From contig DATDQB010000013.1 of the NCBI GenBank assembly GCA_035292445.1, positions 82,132 through 146,131 on the forward strand: DNA of 64,000 nucleotides. The letters are read 5' to 3'. Source of the stretch: Candidatus Omnitrophota bacterium. GTDB taxonomy: Bacteria > Omnitrophota > Gorgyraeia > Zapsychrales > Zapsychraceae. Of this stretch, positions 41,727 through 50,544 are shown piece by piece (position 1 is the stretch's first letter; each line of letters begins with the position of its first letter). Below the pieces are notes generated by a model. The model was not told the origin of the DNA and did no database searches. It saw only the letters and a list, made by a program, of their open reading frames with translations. The translations under genes and the position numbers were made by a program.

Positions 41727-43001
41727 TCATCTGTTTTCTCTATTTTGCAGGAGTTTTTGCCTGATTGGGAGGGCTTCCCGGTAACGGCCTAATTTCTCTA
41801 AGACCGCGGCCTTCGTGTCCAGAAAGATCTTATCGTCCGGAAAATAAGATAGCGCCTCGTTAATGGCTTCCAGCGCGGCATCGATATTCTGGTTTTCCTC
41901 CAAATAAAGATGCGCCAGCTCGTGGTGCGCATCGGCCAAATCCGGCTCTTTTTCGATAGCTTGATGCAATAATTCCACCTTTTGGACGAAGTTTAATTGA
42001 TCAAAATTCGCCTGGTATCGAACATACGCCGGGTTGGAGACCATCATCATAATGGCAGGAATAAAGGTCACGGCGGCGTTATAAACATAATGCATCACGC
42101 AACTGGCGATCGTGGATCGGGTCCACGCCCGCATGAGCGTCAACGTAAACCCGATAAGCGCGATCATCACAAGTGCGAGCCAATCCCCCCAATATTGCCC
42201 CACATGCAAAACAGCGAAAGACAAAGAAATAACGATGATGGTGAATTTGCTTCCCTTTAGCTGCCGCAACACATGGAAAAGATATCCGCGGAAAATGATC
42301 TCCTCGACCAGCGGGGCCACGCCAACGGCCATCAAGAGAAAGACCAAAAGAATGTACGAAGACTGCGTTTCACTGATGATCTCGCCAAGAGGCGTTGAGG
42401 GCGTTATTTCCCGGGCAAAAACGATAAAAACGGATAAAACGGCGAACCCCAACCCCGCCAAAGACGGCAAAACAAATAATTTTAAGAAACCGTTGGGCCC
42501 TCTGATGAAACCCACATTATAAAAGAATCCCTTGTCAGAAAATCTGCGACTGGCCTCATAAACCAATACCAAAAGAAGGATCGAAGAGCCGACCGCGGAA
42601 AATATCATCTCGCCTAACAACGAGTCGAAATCAAGGACGGATTCGAAATAAACCCCCACCAACGTGGATATGATCCCACCGCCGAGAATCCACATCAAAA
42701 CCACGCCGAAAGCGTCAGCCGCCAGATGAAACCGCTGTTGTCTTTGGCCCAGGGCTGCCACAAACTTGAATCGCTTGATAAGATAATACGGCAAGAAAAC
42801 AAAGAAAACCACGATAGCCAACGCCTGCGCTTTTTCTTGGGCCAAAATCAATACAAGGACAATAAAAAACGCCAGCAAGGCAAGATAAGCATTTCTCAAA
42901 TAAAAATTCTCTGTGAATAAACGCTCATCTTCTTTTTTTAAAAAACGCGCATCAAAGAAAACGACCAAAAGAAGCAGGCTTAAGGCTAAGATAAGCATCA
43001 T
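41727..43001 (-). CDS. CPBP-family intramembrane metalloprotease (CAAX protease/Abi-like) with a C-terminal TPR-like tail
   Basis: A multi-TM protein with the EEIIFRGYLF motif and downstream His. The start at 43001 gives an ATGA overlap with the upstream rsm gene's stop. The C-terminal ~70 aa (LHQAIEKEPDLADAHHELAHLYLEEN...) look TPR-like. Confidence 0.65.
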   Translation of the reverse strand: MMLILALSLLLLVVFFDARFLKKEDERLFTENFYLRNAYLALLAFFIVLVLILAQEKAQALAIVVFFVFLPYYLIKRFKFVAALGQRQQRFHLAADAFGVVLMWILGGGIISTLVGVYFESVLDFDSLLGEMIFSAVGSSILLLVLVYEASRRFSDKGFFYNVGFIRGPNGFLKLFVLPSLAGLGFAVLSVFIVFAREITPSTPLGEIISETQSSYILLVFLLMAVGVAPLVEEIIFRGYLFHVLRQLKGSKFTIIVISLSFAVLHVGQYWGDWLALVMIALIGFTLTLMRAWTRSTIASCVMHYVYNAAVTFIPAIMMMVSNPAYVRYQANFDQLNFVQKVELLHQAIEKEPDLADAHHELAHLYLEENQNIDAALEAINEALSYFPDDKIFLDTKAAVLEKLGRYREALPIRQKLLQNRENR

Positions 43002-43933
43002 AACCTCTGTAGTTTGGCGATAAAAAACGCGTCCCAAAGCCTGTCGGGCCGGATACGGGCACAGGCGCTCACCAAGGAGTTATATTTTTTATTTTTCCAC
43101 TCCTTAAGGGCGGGATAAACCGGTGCGCCGGTAATTTGAATATGTTCCGGATGGACAGCGCCGTCCATTTTACGCAGGACCCAATCGATGACCCCTTCGT
43201 TTTCCTCCGGAGCAAAGGTACACGTGGAATAAACCAACGTCCCGCCCGGCTTCAACAATTGACACCCGCGCAATAAAAGGCCTTTTTGCTTCTTCTGCAT
43301 TTCCTTTATCTTTCGCAGGCTCCAATAAGCGAATGTTTCGGGATCATTGGTATCGAAACGGCCCTCGCTGCTGCAGGGGGCGTCCACGAGCACCTTGTCA
43401 AATAGCAAGTCCTTGGGCCGATAGCGCCTGCCGTCGAAACGCTTGCACTCAACGTTTATAACCCCTAAAATCCCTAGAACTGACTTTAATTTGTAAAAAC
43501 GCGATGGGACGGGCTCGATAGCAACGATGCGGCCCTGACTGTTCATCATCGCCGCTATCAGGCTCGTCTTGCTTCCCGGCGCCGCGCACAGATCCAAAAC
43601 AGCCTCCCCCGGCTTAGGGTCCAGGATCTTCACGGCCGCTATGCTGGATAAATTCTGAAAATATACCTTCCCCTCTTTGATCAAATCCGATTGAAGAAGC
43701 CTTTGCCGTTCTTGAGCGGAAACCGTCAAGACCTCATCAAAAACAGGATGTTCCTGAAAAGGAATTTGATTCTTTCTTAAAATATCCAAAACGGTTGATT
43801 TGGCTGCCTTTAACAGATTGATACGAACGGACCATTGTTCCTTTGGGGAAAGGCTGGCCAACACATCCTTTCCATCTTCGGCAGGAATAATAGCGTCTAA
43901 GCGTTGCAAAAACTGTTCGGGGAATAAAGACAT
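42998..43933 (-). CDS. NOL1/NOP2/Sun-family RNA cytosine-C5 methyltransferase (RsmB/RsmF-like)
   Basis: LDLCAAPGSKTSLIAAMM (SAM-binding), DKVLVDAPCSSEG and TLVYSTCT (catalytic Cys motifs). Confidence 0.75.
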   Translation of the reverse strand: MSLFPEQFLQRLDAIIPAEDGKDVLASLSPKEQWSVRINLLKAAKSTVLDILRKNQIPFQEHPVFDEVLTVSAQERQRLLQSDLIKEGKVYFQNLSSIAAVKILDPKPGEAVLDLCAAPGSKTSLIAAMMNSQGRIVAIEPVPSRFYKLKSVLGILGVINVECKRFDGRRYRPKDLLFDKVLVDAPCSSEGRFDTNDPETFAYWSLRKIKEMQKKQKGLLLRGCQLLKPGGTLVYSTCTFAPEENEGVIDWVLRKMDGAVHPEHIQITGAPVYPALKEWKNKKYNSLVSACARIRPDRLWDAFFIAKLQRL

Positions 43934-44015
43934 TTTTAAAAATCGAGAATATTAATAGTTCTAGATTGAATGTCCATTATATATAGATTATACTTAATTC
44001 ACCAGAGGGATTTTC

Positions 44016-45263
44016 ATGCCCAACCCACTCCAAAAGATGACAAACCGCCGTGGCCAGCACGTCATGGAATATTCGATTGTTCTTATTATCACCATGGTGG
44101 CCATGATGATCGCCCTTCCTCATGTCATGCGAGGCTGGAACGCCAACATGAAAGGATGGGAAGACTCCGCCATTGATTCTCTCGAAGACCCCCTCTTGGA
44201 AGCGCCTGTTGTCACCTCATTGCCCGGTTGCGCCTGCAACTGGTCTATGCCCCTTGGTTGCGGCAATGGCTCTTGTTCTCGACAACAAATGGCTAGTCAA
44301 TGTATTTGTAATCCTCCTGGTTGCGGCTCAACAAATCTTACACTAAATTGCACGGAAGGAACTTATCAATGCCCTTGCGATTCGACATGCTGCGAACCTT
44401 GGCAGCCGACGGGCCTTTGCGGTGCCGCTGCCAATCCTCCTTGCCTGACCGGAGAGATGCGAAAAACACGCCTTTGTGGTTGCAACCCCACACCCCAATC
44501 GCAATGCCTGCCCGATCCGGCATGTACATTCGCCTGCCAAGGCATTAACGGAAATCCTCCCGGGATAGACCAGCCACTGAATTCGCAAGAATGCCCAAAC
44601 TATGAGAGTTGTCTGAGCCAAAATAGGAGGAATGTTTTGGTGGACGCTTGTAGCGGAGGGTGCGACCATTGCGAATATATTTGTACTGCTCCCTTTTTTG
44701 CCAATAATAACCAGTGCACAACCTGCCCCATCGGTAAAGTTTTTCAAGGGGTTTGTACTACCGGCCAATGCCAATACACGACAGCCTGTTCCGGAGGGAC
44801 GTGTCAAACAGTCGGCGCTCCGCCGCCGCTACCGCCACCTACATGCGGCACAAATGGCTTACCCTGTTGTACAGGTAACGTTTGCAATGCCGGTCTACTT
44901 TGCAGCAATGGGACTTGTATACCATGCGGCAATCCGAGTGAAGCCTGTTGTACTGGGAGCGTTTGTTTTTCTAGCACATGCATTAATGGTACCTGTGTAT
45001 GCGGCGATCCCGGCCAGTCGTGTTGTGCGGGCGGCGTTTGCAATAGCGGCTTAAGTTGTAATAGCAGTTATCTTTGTTCATGCGGCGACATTGATGAAGA
45101 TTGTTGTAGCGGTGGTACTTGTAACGGAGCTCTTCAATGTAACGGCGTTGGTAAATGCTGCCCCATCACTTATACCGGTTACTGCAGTATAAGCAGAAAT
45201 TGTTGCGAGGTCGATCTCGACTGCCCTCCATCCGAATCCTGCGTATATATCCCCCTTCCATAA
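44016..45263 (+). CDS. Secreted Cys-rich repeat protein with an Flp-type (class III) prepilin-like leader
   Basis: AGAGGGA lies 8 nt upstream of the ATG. The N-terminus RRGQHVMEYSIVLIITMVAMMIAL fits the Flp G/XXXXEY motif plus a hydrophobic helix. The remainder is ~15% Cys, with ~25-aa repeats (CCTGNVCNAGLLCSNGTCIPCG, CCTGSVCFSSTCINGTCVCG, CCAGGVCNSGLSCNSSYLCSCG, CCSGGTCNGALQCNGVGKCC) and a PPPLPPP linker. Confidence 0.7.
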   Translation: MPNPLQKMTNRRGQHVMEYSIVLIITMVAMMIALPHVMRGWNANMKGWEDSAIDSLEDPLLEAPVVTSLPGCACNWSMPLGCGNGSCSRQQMASQCICNPPGCGSTNLTLNCTEGTYQCPCDSTCCEPWQPTGLCGAAANPPCLTGEMRKTRLCGCNPTPQSQCLPDPACTFACQGINGNPPGIDQPLNSQECPNYESCLSQNRRNVLVDACSGGCDHCEYICTAPFFANNNQCTTCPIGKVFQGVCTTGQCQYTTACSGGTCQTVGAPPPLPPPTCGTNGLPCCTGNVCNAGLLCSNGTCIPCGNPSEACCTGSVCFSSTCINGTCVCGDPGQSCCAGGVCNSGLSCNSSYLCSCGDIDEDCCSGGTCNGALQCNGVGKCCPITYTGYCSISRNCCEVDLDCPPSESCVYIPLP

Positions 45264-45360
45264 CTCTAATTAAATATTCCTGATAAGAACGCCTGTCTTT
45301 TAAGGTAAAAAATTATAGCTGGCGGGGCGGTGTTCTGGATAGAAAACAGTTTAATGTTAA

Positions 45361-45810
45361 TTATTGTGCCGGCCAAGCGCCGACCGTATACCAATATTCA
45401 TAACCCCATGGGTCGTCGCCATTCGTGTCACGAAAACACACTTCAACCTGAAACACTACCCTTCTGGAGGAGGAATCCATACCTGCGGAACCCATAATCC
45501 TTATACTTCCAAGGTCATAATGGTGGTCACCGTTATTAAACCTGAAATGCCACGCCCGTAATGCGACAATAGGTTCGCCAACCAAGGCTTGATTAAAATC
45601 CACTATCTCGGGCTGAGTAATACACGGCGTGTTGGACCCAACATTGGTCCAGGGACGATGCAGCTCTTTTACTACGGGCGCATAAGGGATGCAAACCGGT
45701 TGTTGGGCGCATGTTTCGCGGGGAATTAAATAATCTCCTATGGAGCACAAAATGGAGATGATCAAACAGGAAAGGATAATATAATAAACATTTTTATTCA
45801 ACTTCTTCAT
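45361..45810 (-). CDS. Small secreted protein, paralog 1 of a 3-gene tandem family
   Basis: Starts at the internal MKKLNKNVYYIILSCLIISILC signal. Shares C-x-x-A-Q-x-C after the signal, a central DHHYDLGSIRIMGSAG-type block and a C-terminal W-x-A-Q with the two neighbouring ORFs. Confidence 0.55.
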   Translation of the reverse strand: MKKLNKNVYYIILSCLIISILCSIGDYLIPRETCAQQPVCIPYAPVVKELHRPWTNVGSNTPCITQPEIVDFNQALVGEPIVALRAWHFRFNNGDHHYDLGSIRIMGSAGMDSSSRRVVFQVEVCFRDTNGDDPWGYEYWYTVGAWPAQ

Positions 45811-45817
45811 ATCCACT

Positions 45818-46243
45818 TTATTGCCACCTTGCGATAACATAATGGGAACTAAACGCCATATTATCGTCATCATTACCGTCGTTAAGGCAACCTTGGGAAG
45901 TAAAATATACCTGAGATTGGTTAGAACCGGGAGCGGACATAAAGACTCTCATCTCATCTAGGTGATGGTCATTGCTCGTCGAATACCTTACTTCAAATCC
46001 CGCAGATGCCAACCACACATCAAGGCCGATACCTCCGCCTGCGGACACATAGGTCGGATTTGGATTTGGGGAGGCACAGCCCCCACCACTGCTCCCGCCC
46101 ACTACGCCATATGTGGCCGTAGGTCGAATCGTTGTGCAAGATTGGGCTTGTACACAATCAGGGACCTGAAGCTCATAGGCAAGGCTTATGGCAAAGATTA
46201 AAAATAATGATAAGAGTAATATACCCAATTTACGAATTTTCAT
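45818..46243 (-). CDS. Small secreted protein, paralog 2
   Basis: MKIRKLGILLLSLFLIFAISLA signal; CVQAQSC; DHHLDEMRVFMSAPGS; C-terminal ARWQ. Confidence 0.55.
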   Translation of the reverse strand: MKIRKLGILLLSLFLIFAISLAYELQVPDCVQAQSCTTIRPTATYGVVGGSSGGGCASPNPNPTYVSAGGGIGLDVWLASAGFEVRYSTSNDHHLDEMRVFMSAPGSNQSQVYFTSQGCLNDGNDDDNMAFSSHYVIARWQ

Positions 46244-46288
46244 TCTTTATCGATCCTTCTTTACCTAAAAAAATACTTACCATTCATG

Positions 46289-46750
46289 TTATTGCCAAGC
46301 ATAAAGAACAAAATAGACCTGATATTCGTGCGCATTATCGACGTTATCGTCATGTAAACAAACGTCAATATTAAACATGATGGTGCTCCCAGACGCCCGC
46401 AAAGTGCTATAATCTATCATCGTCCTTGCCCTTTTTAAATGTTCATCACCGGAAGCGGTATAATGCAAATACCAGCCTGTTAATGCCAAAACATAATTTC
46501 TCGGATTATCGGTAAACGTGAATCCGGGCCAACTTTTGTTGACCGACGCAACGACGCAGGCCTGAGAAGAGTTCCAGGACGTCCGGCCCGTCCACCAGTA
46601 TTCCACATAAGGATACACGTTATAACACGTTTGGGCATTGACACAGCGCGGGGTTTTAAAATCATAGAAAAAATAGACGGCAGCGATGACAAGAATCGAC
46701 AAAACAAAAAAAAGAAAGGATTGCTTTTTTTGTTTTTTATTTATATCCAT
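46289..46750 (-). CDS. Small secreted protein, paralog 3
   Basis: N-terminal TM/signal (FLFFVLSILVIAAVYFF); CVNAQTC; DEHLKRARTMIDYSTLRASGS; C-terminal YAWQ. Confidence 0.55.
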   Translation of the reverse strand: MDINKKQKKQSFLFFVLSILVIAAVYFFYDFKTPRCVNAQTCYNVYPYVEYWWTGRTSWNSSQACVVASVNKSWPGFTFTDNPRNYVLALTGWYLHYTASGDEHLKRARTMIDYSTLRASGSTIMFNIDVCLHDDNVDNAHEYQVYFVLYAWQ

Positions 46751-46819
46751 ATGATTATAATAGTCTTTGTATAAGTATAAATCATCTCTTTATATAATAC
46801 AATAACATCAACCCCTCAC

Positions 46820-47987
46820 ATGAAAAAGCATAACTTCAATTATTTAAACCAGTTGCAAGAAATTCTATTTCGACCCGTTGATCCTTCTTCCTTATCTCTT
46901 TTCAGGCTTTTTTTCGGTCTTATATTAGGCTGGTACGCTTTTCACCATATTGGGGCAAACTTGATCCACATCAAATATATCGATACCCATTTCCACTTTT
47001 CTTTATGGGGGCGGAGCATTTTGTGTCCCTGGATTGCCTGCGCAACCCCCAGCTGCGCCTTAAACCGATCCCTTTCTGGAACATCCTGATTCTCAGGGCC
47101 CAAATTGTCATTGTTTATTTCTTTGCCGGGATAGCCAAAATAAGCAAGGATTATTTGGACGGGCGCCAACTGCGCAGCCTTCTAATCAGCGATGATAGAT
47201 TGCCATTTCTGCAGTCCTTTGTATCGACAGAGTGGGGCATAACCTTATTTGTTTATAGCGGATTATTCATCGACTTACTCATCGGTTTTTTCTTGTGCTA
47301 CAAACCCACAAGGCCTTTAGCATTTTTTGTTGCCGTTATTTTTCATATAACCAACAAGTTGTTTTTCGACATCGATATTTTCCATCATTTCATGATCGCC
47401 ACCCTCATTCTTTTTGTCAAACCCGATGAACCCAGAAGGCTTTTGTATAAAATATTAAACTTTTTTAAAAAAACGGCTTGAAACCGCCCGTGTTTGAGGC
47501 CGGCTCGAAGAGCCCCCACAGATTATCCCGCCCTTTAATCAGCGCCTTCTTATTTTTATACCTGATGATCCAAGTCCTTCTGCCGTGGCGACATTTGCTC
47601 TATAAAGGCGATGTGAACTGGACGCGGGAGGGGCATCGCTTTGCATGGCGTTTAAAATCCAACGTTGTCGGCGGCGTCATGAGCATTATCGCCGTAGATC
47701 CTTCGACCGGTCAAATCACTCCCATTATTCCGTTCGATGACATCAGCCCGGAACAATACGTCCTCATGATTTATACCCCAGATATGTTATTGCAATATGT
47801 GCATTATCTTAAGGAAAAATTGGAAAAGCAGGGCATGAAAAATCCCATTATTAAAGTCGACGGCAAAATATCGGTCAACCGCAGGCCTTTCCATCCCTAC
47901 ATTGATAGAAATGTGAATCTTGCGGAAGAAAAATACAGGCTTTTTTCTTCCGCCGACTGGATCCTCCCCCCGCCGCCTGATCTTTAA
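46820..47987 (+). pseudogene. HTTM-domain (vitamin K-dependent gamma-carboxylase-like) membrane protein, split over three reading frames by two frameshifts at homopolymer runs
   Basis: The pieces 46820..47089, 47005..47481 and 47478..47987 lie in three different frames. Together they carry HTTM hallmarks: FRLFFGLILGWYAFHHI and NWTREGHRFAWRLKS. The frame changes coincide with GGGGG (~47018) and TTTTTTAAAAAAA (~47461-47473). Confidence 0.5.
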
Positions 47988-47989
47988 AT

Positions 47990-48024
47990 AAAAAAGGCAA
48001 CCTTTTTGGGGTTGCCTTTTTTAC
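47990..48024. terminator. Bidirectional rho-independent terminator between the convergent HTTM gene and the inositol-lipid operon
   Basis: AAAAAAGGCAACCTTTTTGGGGTTGCCTTTTTT: a GGCAACC/GGTTGCC stem with an A-run and a T-run. Confidence 0.65.
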
Positions 48025-48043
48025 TGTTAATATCACAAACGCT

Positions 48044-48268
48044 TTACGTCTGTTCGCTTTTCAAGACGCCTCTCAATTTTGTCGCAATCTTCGCATAGCC
48101 ATAACCCATAATAAAAATGAGCAAACCGATGAGGACCTGTGTGAAATCCTGATTAACCACATGAATGAATAACACCAGTACCCCTAAGAAAATGATAAAG
48201 ACACCGCTGCGGTAACAGGTACGACTTAAATTATCCAGCGCTTTGGCATTTTGCTCTTTCATAAACAT
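48044..48268 (-). CDS. Small membrane protein (74 aa, 2 predicted TM helices), last gene of the MIPS operon
   Basis: The ORF has hydrophobic helices FIIFLGVLVLFIHVV and LIGLLIFIMGYGYA. Confidence 0.35.
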   Translation of the reverse strand: MFMKEQNAKALDNLSRTCYRSGVFIIFLGVLVLFIHVVNQDFTQVLIGLLIFIMGYGYAKIATKLRGVLKSEQT

Positions 48269-48306
48269 CCTCCCTTGTTAATAACATTCAGTATAACATC
48301 AATCAC

Positions 48307-48516
48307 TTATTTCTTCCTCATATATTTAAAAAAACTCCACAGGCAAATAAGCTGGGACGCAACAATGACGATGGCCACATATCCATGGAACCAAGAAACG
48401 AACGTTATAGTGGAGGCCATATGAACGACGAACAAAAAGGAAAAGAAAGCAAAGCACAAACCCCACAGCTCGGCTCGGGTGACAGGGTTGGGTGAGGGGT
48501 CCTGCGGTTTAGTCAT
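48307..48516 (-). CDS. Small membrane protein (69 aa, 2 TM helices)
   Basis: The ORF overlaps the MIPS stop by 8 nt. Helices: LWGLCFAFFSFLFVV and VAIVIVASQLICLWSFF. Confidence 0.35.
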   Translation of the reverse strand: MTKPQDPSPNPVTRAELWGLCFAFFSFLFVVHMASTITFVSWFHGYVAIVIVASQLICLWSFFKYMRKK

Positions 48517-49825
48517 AATACTCCATGCCTAAATGGGTAATGAGGTCTTCCCCCCGTAAATAACGCAGGGTGTTTTTAAGTTTCATCAGCTGAATGAAAA
48601 GGTCATGCTCCGGATAAAGCTGCGGTGCTGTCATAGGGCTTTTGAAATAAAACGACAGCCATTCCTGGATACCGCGCATACGAGCGCGCTGGGCCAAGTC
48701 CATAAAAAGGACCAAATCCAAAACAATGGGAGCCGCCAAAATACTGTCGCGGCAAAGAAAATTCATTTTTATCTGCATCGGATAACCGAGCCAGCCGCGG
48801 ATATCGATATTATCCCAGCTTTCTTTGTTATCCCCACGCGGCGGATAATAATTGATGCGCACTTTATGGTAATAGTCTTTGTAAAGCTGCGGATAAAGCT
48901 TGGGCTGCAGGATATAATCCAACACGGAAAGCTTGCTCTCCTCCTTGGTCTTAAATGACATCGGGTCATCAAGGACCTCTCCGTCTCGATTGCCGAGGAT
49001 ATTGGAGGAATACCAGCCGTCCAAGCCTAACATCCTTGCCTTAAGCATGGGAGCAATGGCTGTCTTGAGCATCGTTTGCCCGCTTTTAAAATCTTTACCA
49101 GAGACCGGAACATTCTTTTTTCTGGCCAAATCAACAAGCGCGGGAATATCAACGGTCAGATTCGGTGCGCCGTTGGCAAAAGGAACGCCACACTTAATAG
49201 CGGCATACGCATAAATCATGCTGGGGGCGATGGCTTCGTGATTGTTCTCCATTGCTTTTTCAAAGGCCTTGAGCGTTTCATGCACCGGCTGACGCTCCAG
49301 GTAGATTTCCGTCGAACCGCACCAAACCATGACCATCCGTTCCAGCTTGTTCTGCTTTTTGAATTTCTCGATATCATCAATCAGGGCTTCGGCCTGTTCA
49401 CGCTTGCTCTTTTCTTTCTTGACATGCGTTCCATGGATACGGCTGACATACTTTTGACTGAAAACCGCCTTCCAGGGCTTGATCGCCTCCAGCTGAGGGC
49501 GCAGTTTATCGATCAGGCCGATCTCCAACACACCGGCCTTGACCGCGGAAATATACGCATCGTCGGGGATCGGATCCCAAGAACCGAAGACCATATCCGA
49601 CAAATCAGCTAACGGAACAAATTCTTTGATGGGAACAACGCGGTTGTCCGTACGTTTTCCTAGCCGGACGGTACTTAATTGGGTCAAGGAACCTATCGGC
49701 AGGGCCAACCCTCTTTTGATAGCTTCAACTCCGGCGATAAAAGTCGTTGAAACCGCCCCTAACCCGGGAAGCAAAACGCCCAGCTTGCCTTTAGGCTCAA
49801 GGATCTTAATCTTCGTCTCTTTCAC
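48509..49825 (-). CDS. myo-Inositol-1-phosphate synthase (MIPS/Ino1 family)
   Basis: GKDFKSGQTMLKTAIAPMLKARMLGLDGWYSSNILGNRDGEVL matches the conserved MIPS core (SGQTK...SYNHLGNNDG region). NGAPNLTVDIPALVDLA. 438 aa. Confidence 0.75.
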   Translation of the reverse strand: MKETKIKILEPKGKLGVLLPGLGAVSTTFIAGVEAIKRGLALPIGSLTQLSTVRLGKRTDNRVVPIKEFVPLADLSDMVFGSWDPIPDDAYISAVKAGVLEIGLIDKLRPQLEAIKPWKAVFSQKYVSRIHGTHVKKEKSKREQAEALIDDIEKFKKQNKLERMVMVWCGSTEIYLERQPVHETLKAFEKAMENNHEAIAPSMIYAYAAIKCGVPFANGAPNLTVDIPALVDLARKKNVPVSGKDFKSGQTMLKTAIAPMLKARMLGLDGWYSSNILGNRDGEVLDDPMSFKTKEESKLSVLDYILQPKLYPQLYKDYYHKVRINYYPPRGDNKESWDNIDIRGWLGYPMQIKMNFLCRDSILAAPIVLDLVLFMDLAQRARMRGIQEWLSFYFKSPMTAPQLYPEHDLFIQLMKLKNTLRYLRGEDLITHLGMEYYD

Positions 49826-50420
49826 TTAAGTTTCCTTCCGTTCGTTTCCATGTGTAGTAAATTCGGTCCAATGCCGTGAAGTGTGTGGCGAAAGCGAGGA
49901 TCCACAGCGCCGGGACAATTGCTCCAAACAATCCGCCGATGCAAATTATGAGAATCCTCTCCGGCCGCTCGATCATGCCGACATCACAATGCCTGATGAG
50001 GCTCTCGGCCCGGGCCTTGGTATAACTGGTCAAAAAAGAACCGGCAATCACCGCCAGTGTCAGTAGGACATAATCGGCCTGATTGGCCTTGGCGAAATGG
50101 ACCGTCAGGCCACCAAAGATCAGAAAATCGGAATAACGGTCGATCACCGAATCAATAAAAGCGCCGAATTTGGAAGTTTTATTGGAGCTTCTGGCCAGGG
50201 AGCCGTCCAGCATATCGAAAATCCCGGCAAACAAAATGACCAAAGAACCGCTGGAGAAGTGGCCATGGGCGTACAAGATACAGCCTAAAATATTCACCAA
50301 AAACCCCGTCATGGTCAACTGATGGGGGGTCACGTTATAGCGGTCCAAGCCTACCCCAATTTCGTTGACAACCGCTTTGACGGGCTGATAAATAAGATCC
50401 CTTAGCCTTGCCTTTGTCAT
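49806..50420 (-). CDS. CDP-alcohol phosphatidyltransferase family protein; from context a phosphatidylinositol-phosphate or archaetidylinositol-phosphate synthase-like enzyme
   Basis: DMLDGSLARSSNKTSKFGAFIDSVIDRYSD fits the CDP-OH_P_transf motif D-G-x2-A-R-x8-G-x3-D-x3-D. A multi-TM protein that overlaps the MIPS start. Confidence 0.7.
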   Translation of the reverse strand: MTKARLRDLIYQPVKAVVNEIGVGLDRYNVTPHQLTMTGFLVNILGCILYAHGHFSSGSLVILFAGIFDMLDGSLARSSNKTSKFGAFIDSVIDRYSDFLIFGGLTVHFAKANQADYVLLTLAVIAGSFLTSYTKARAESLIRHCDVGMIERPERILIICIGGLFGAIVPALWILAFATHFTALDRIYYTWKRTEGNLSERDED

Positions 50421-50544
50421 AACCTCTTAACCTTTAAAGAATAATGAAGCATTTTAGTATGAGTTACCGCAAAAAACAAGCAAATAAAAAGGCCTGCCCG
50501 AGATAAATCGGACAAGCCTTTTGAGCCATGAGAAAAGGCAGATT

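Noticed and set aside
44343-45054. ORFs antisense to or overlapping the Cys-rich gene (44343..44807 minus, 44632..45054 plus, 44804..45043 minus)
   Set aside because: The plus-strand frame 44016..45263 has an SD, a coherent leader and a regular Cys-repeat structure. The others are out-of-frame shadows of the GC- and Cys-codon-rich sequence.
46820-47987. Treating the three HTTM pieces as three separate small genes
   Set aside because: The pieces are consecutive, overlap only at homopolymer runs and together reconstitute one recognisable domain. The split is a frameshift (a pseudogene or sequencing error), not three genes.
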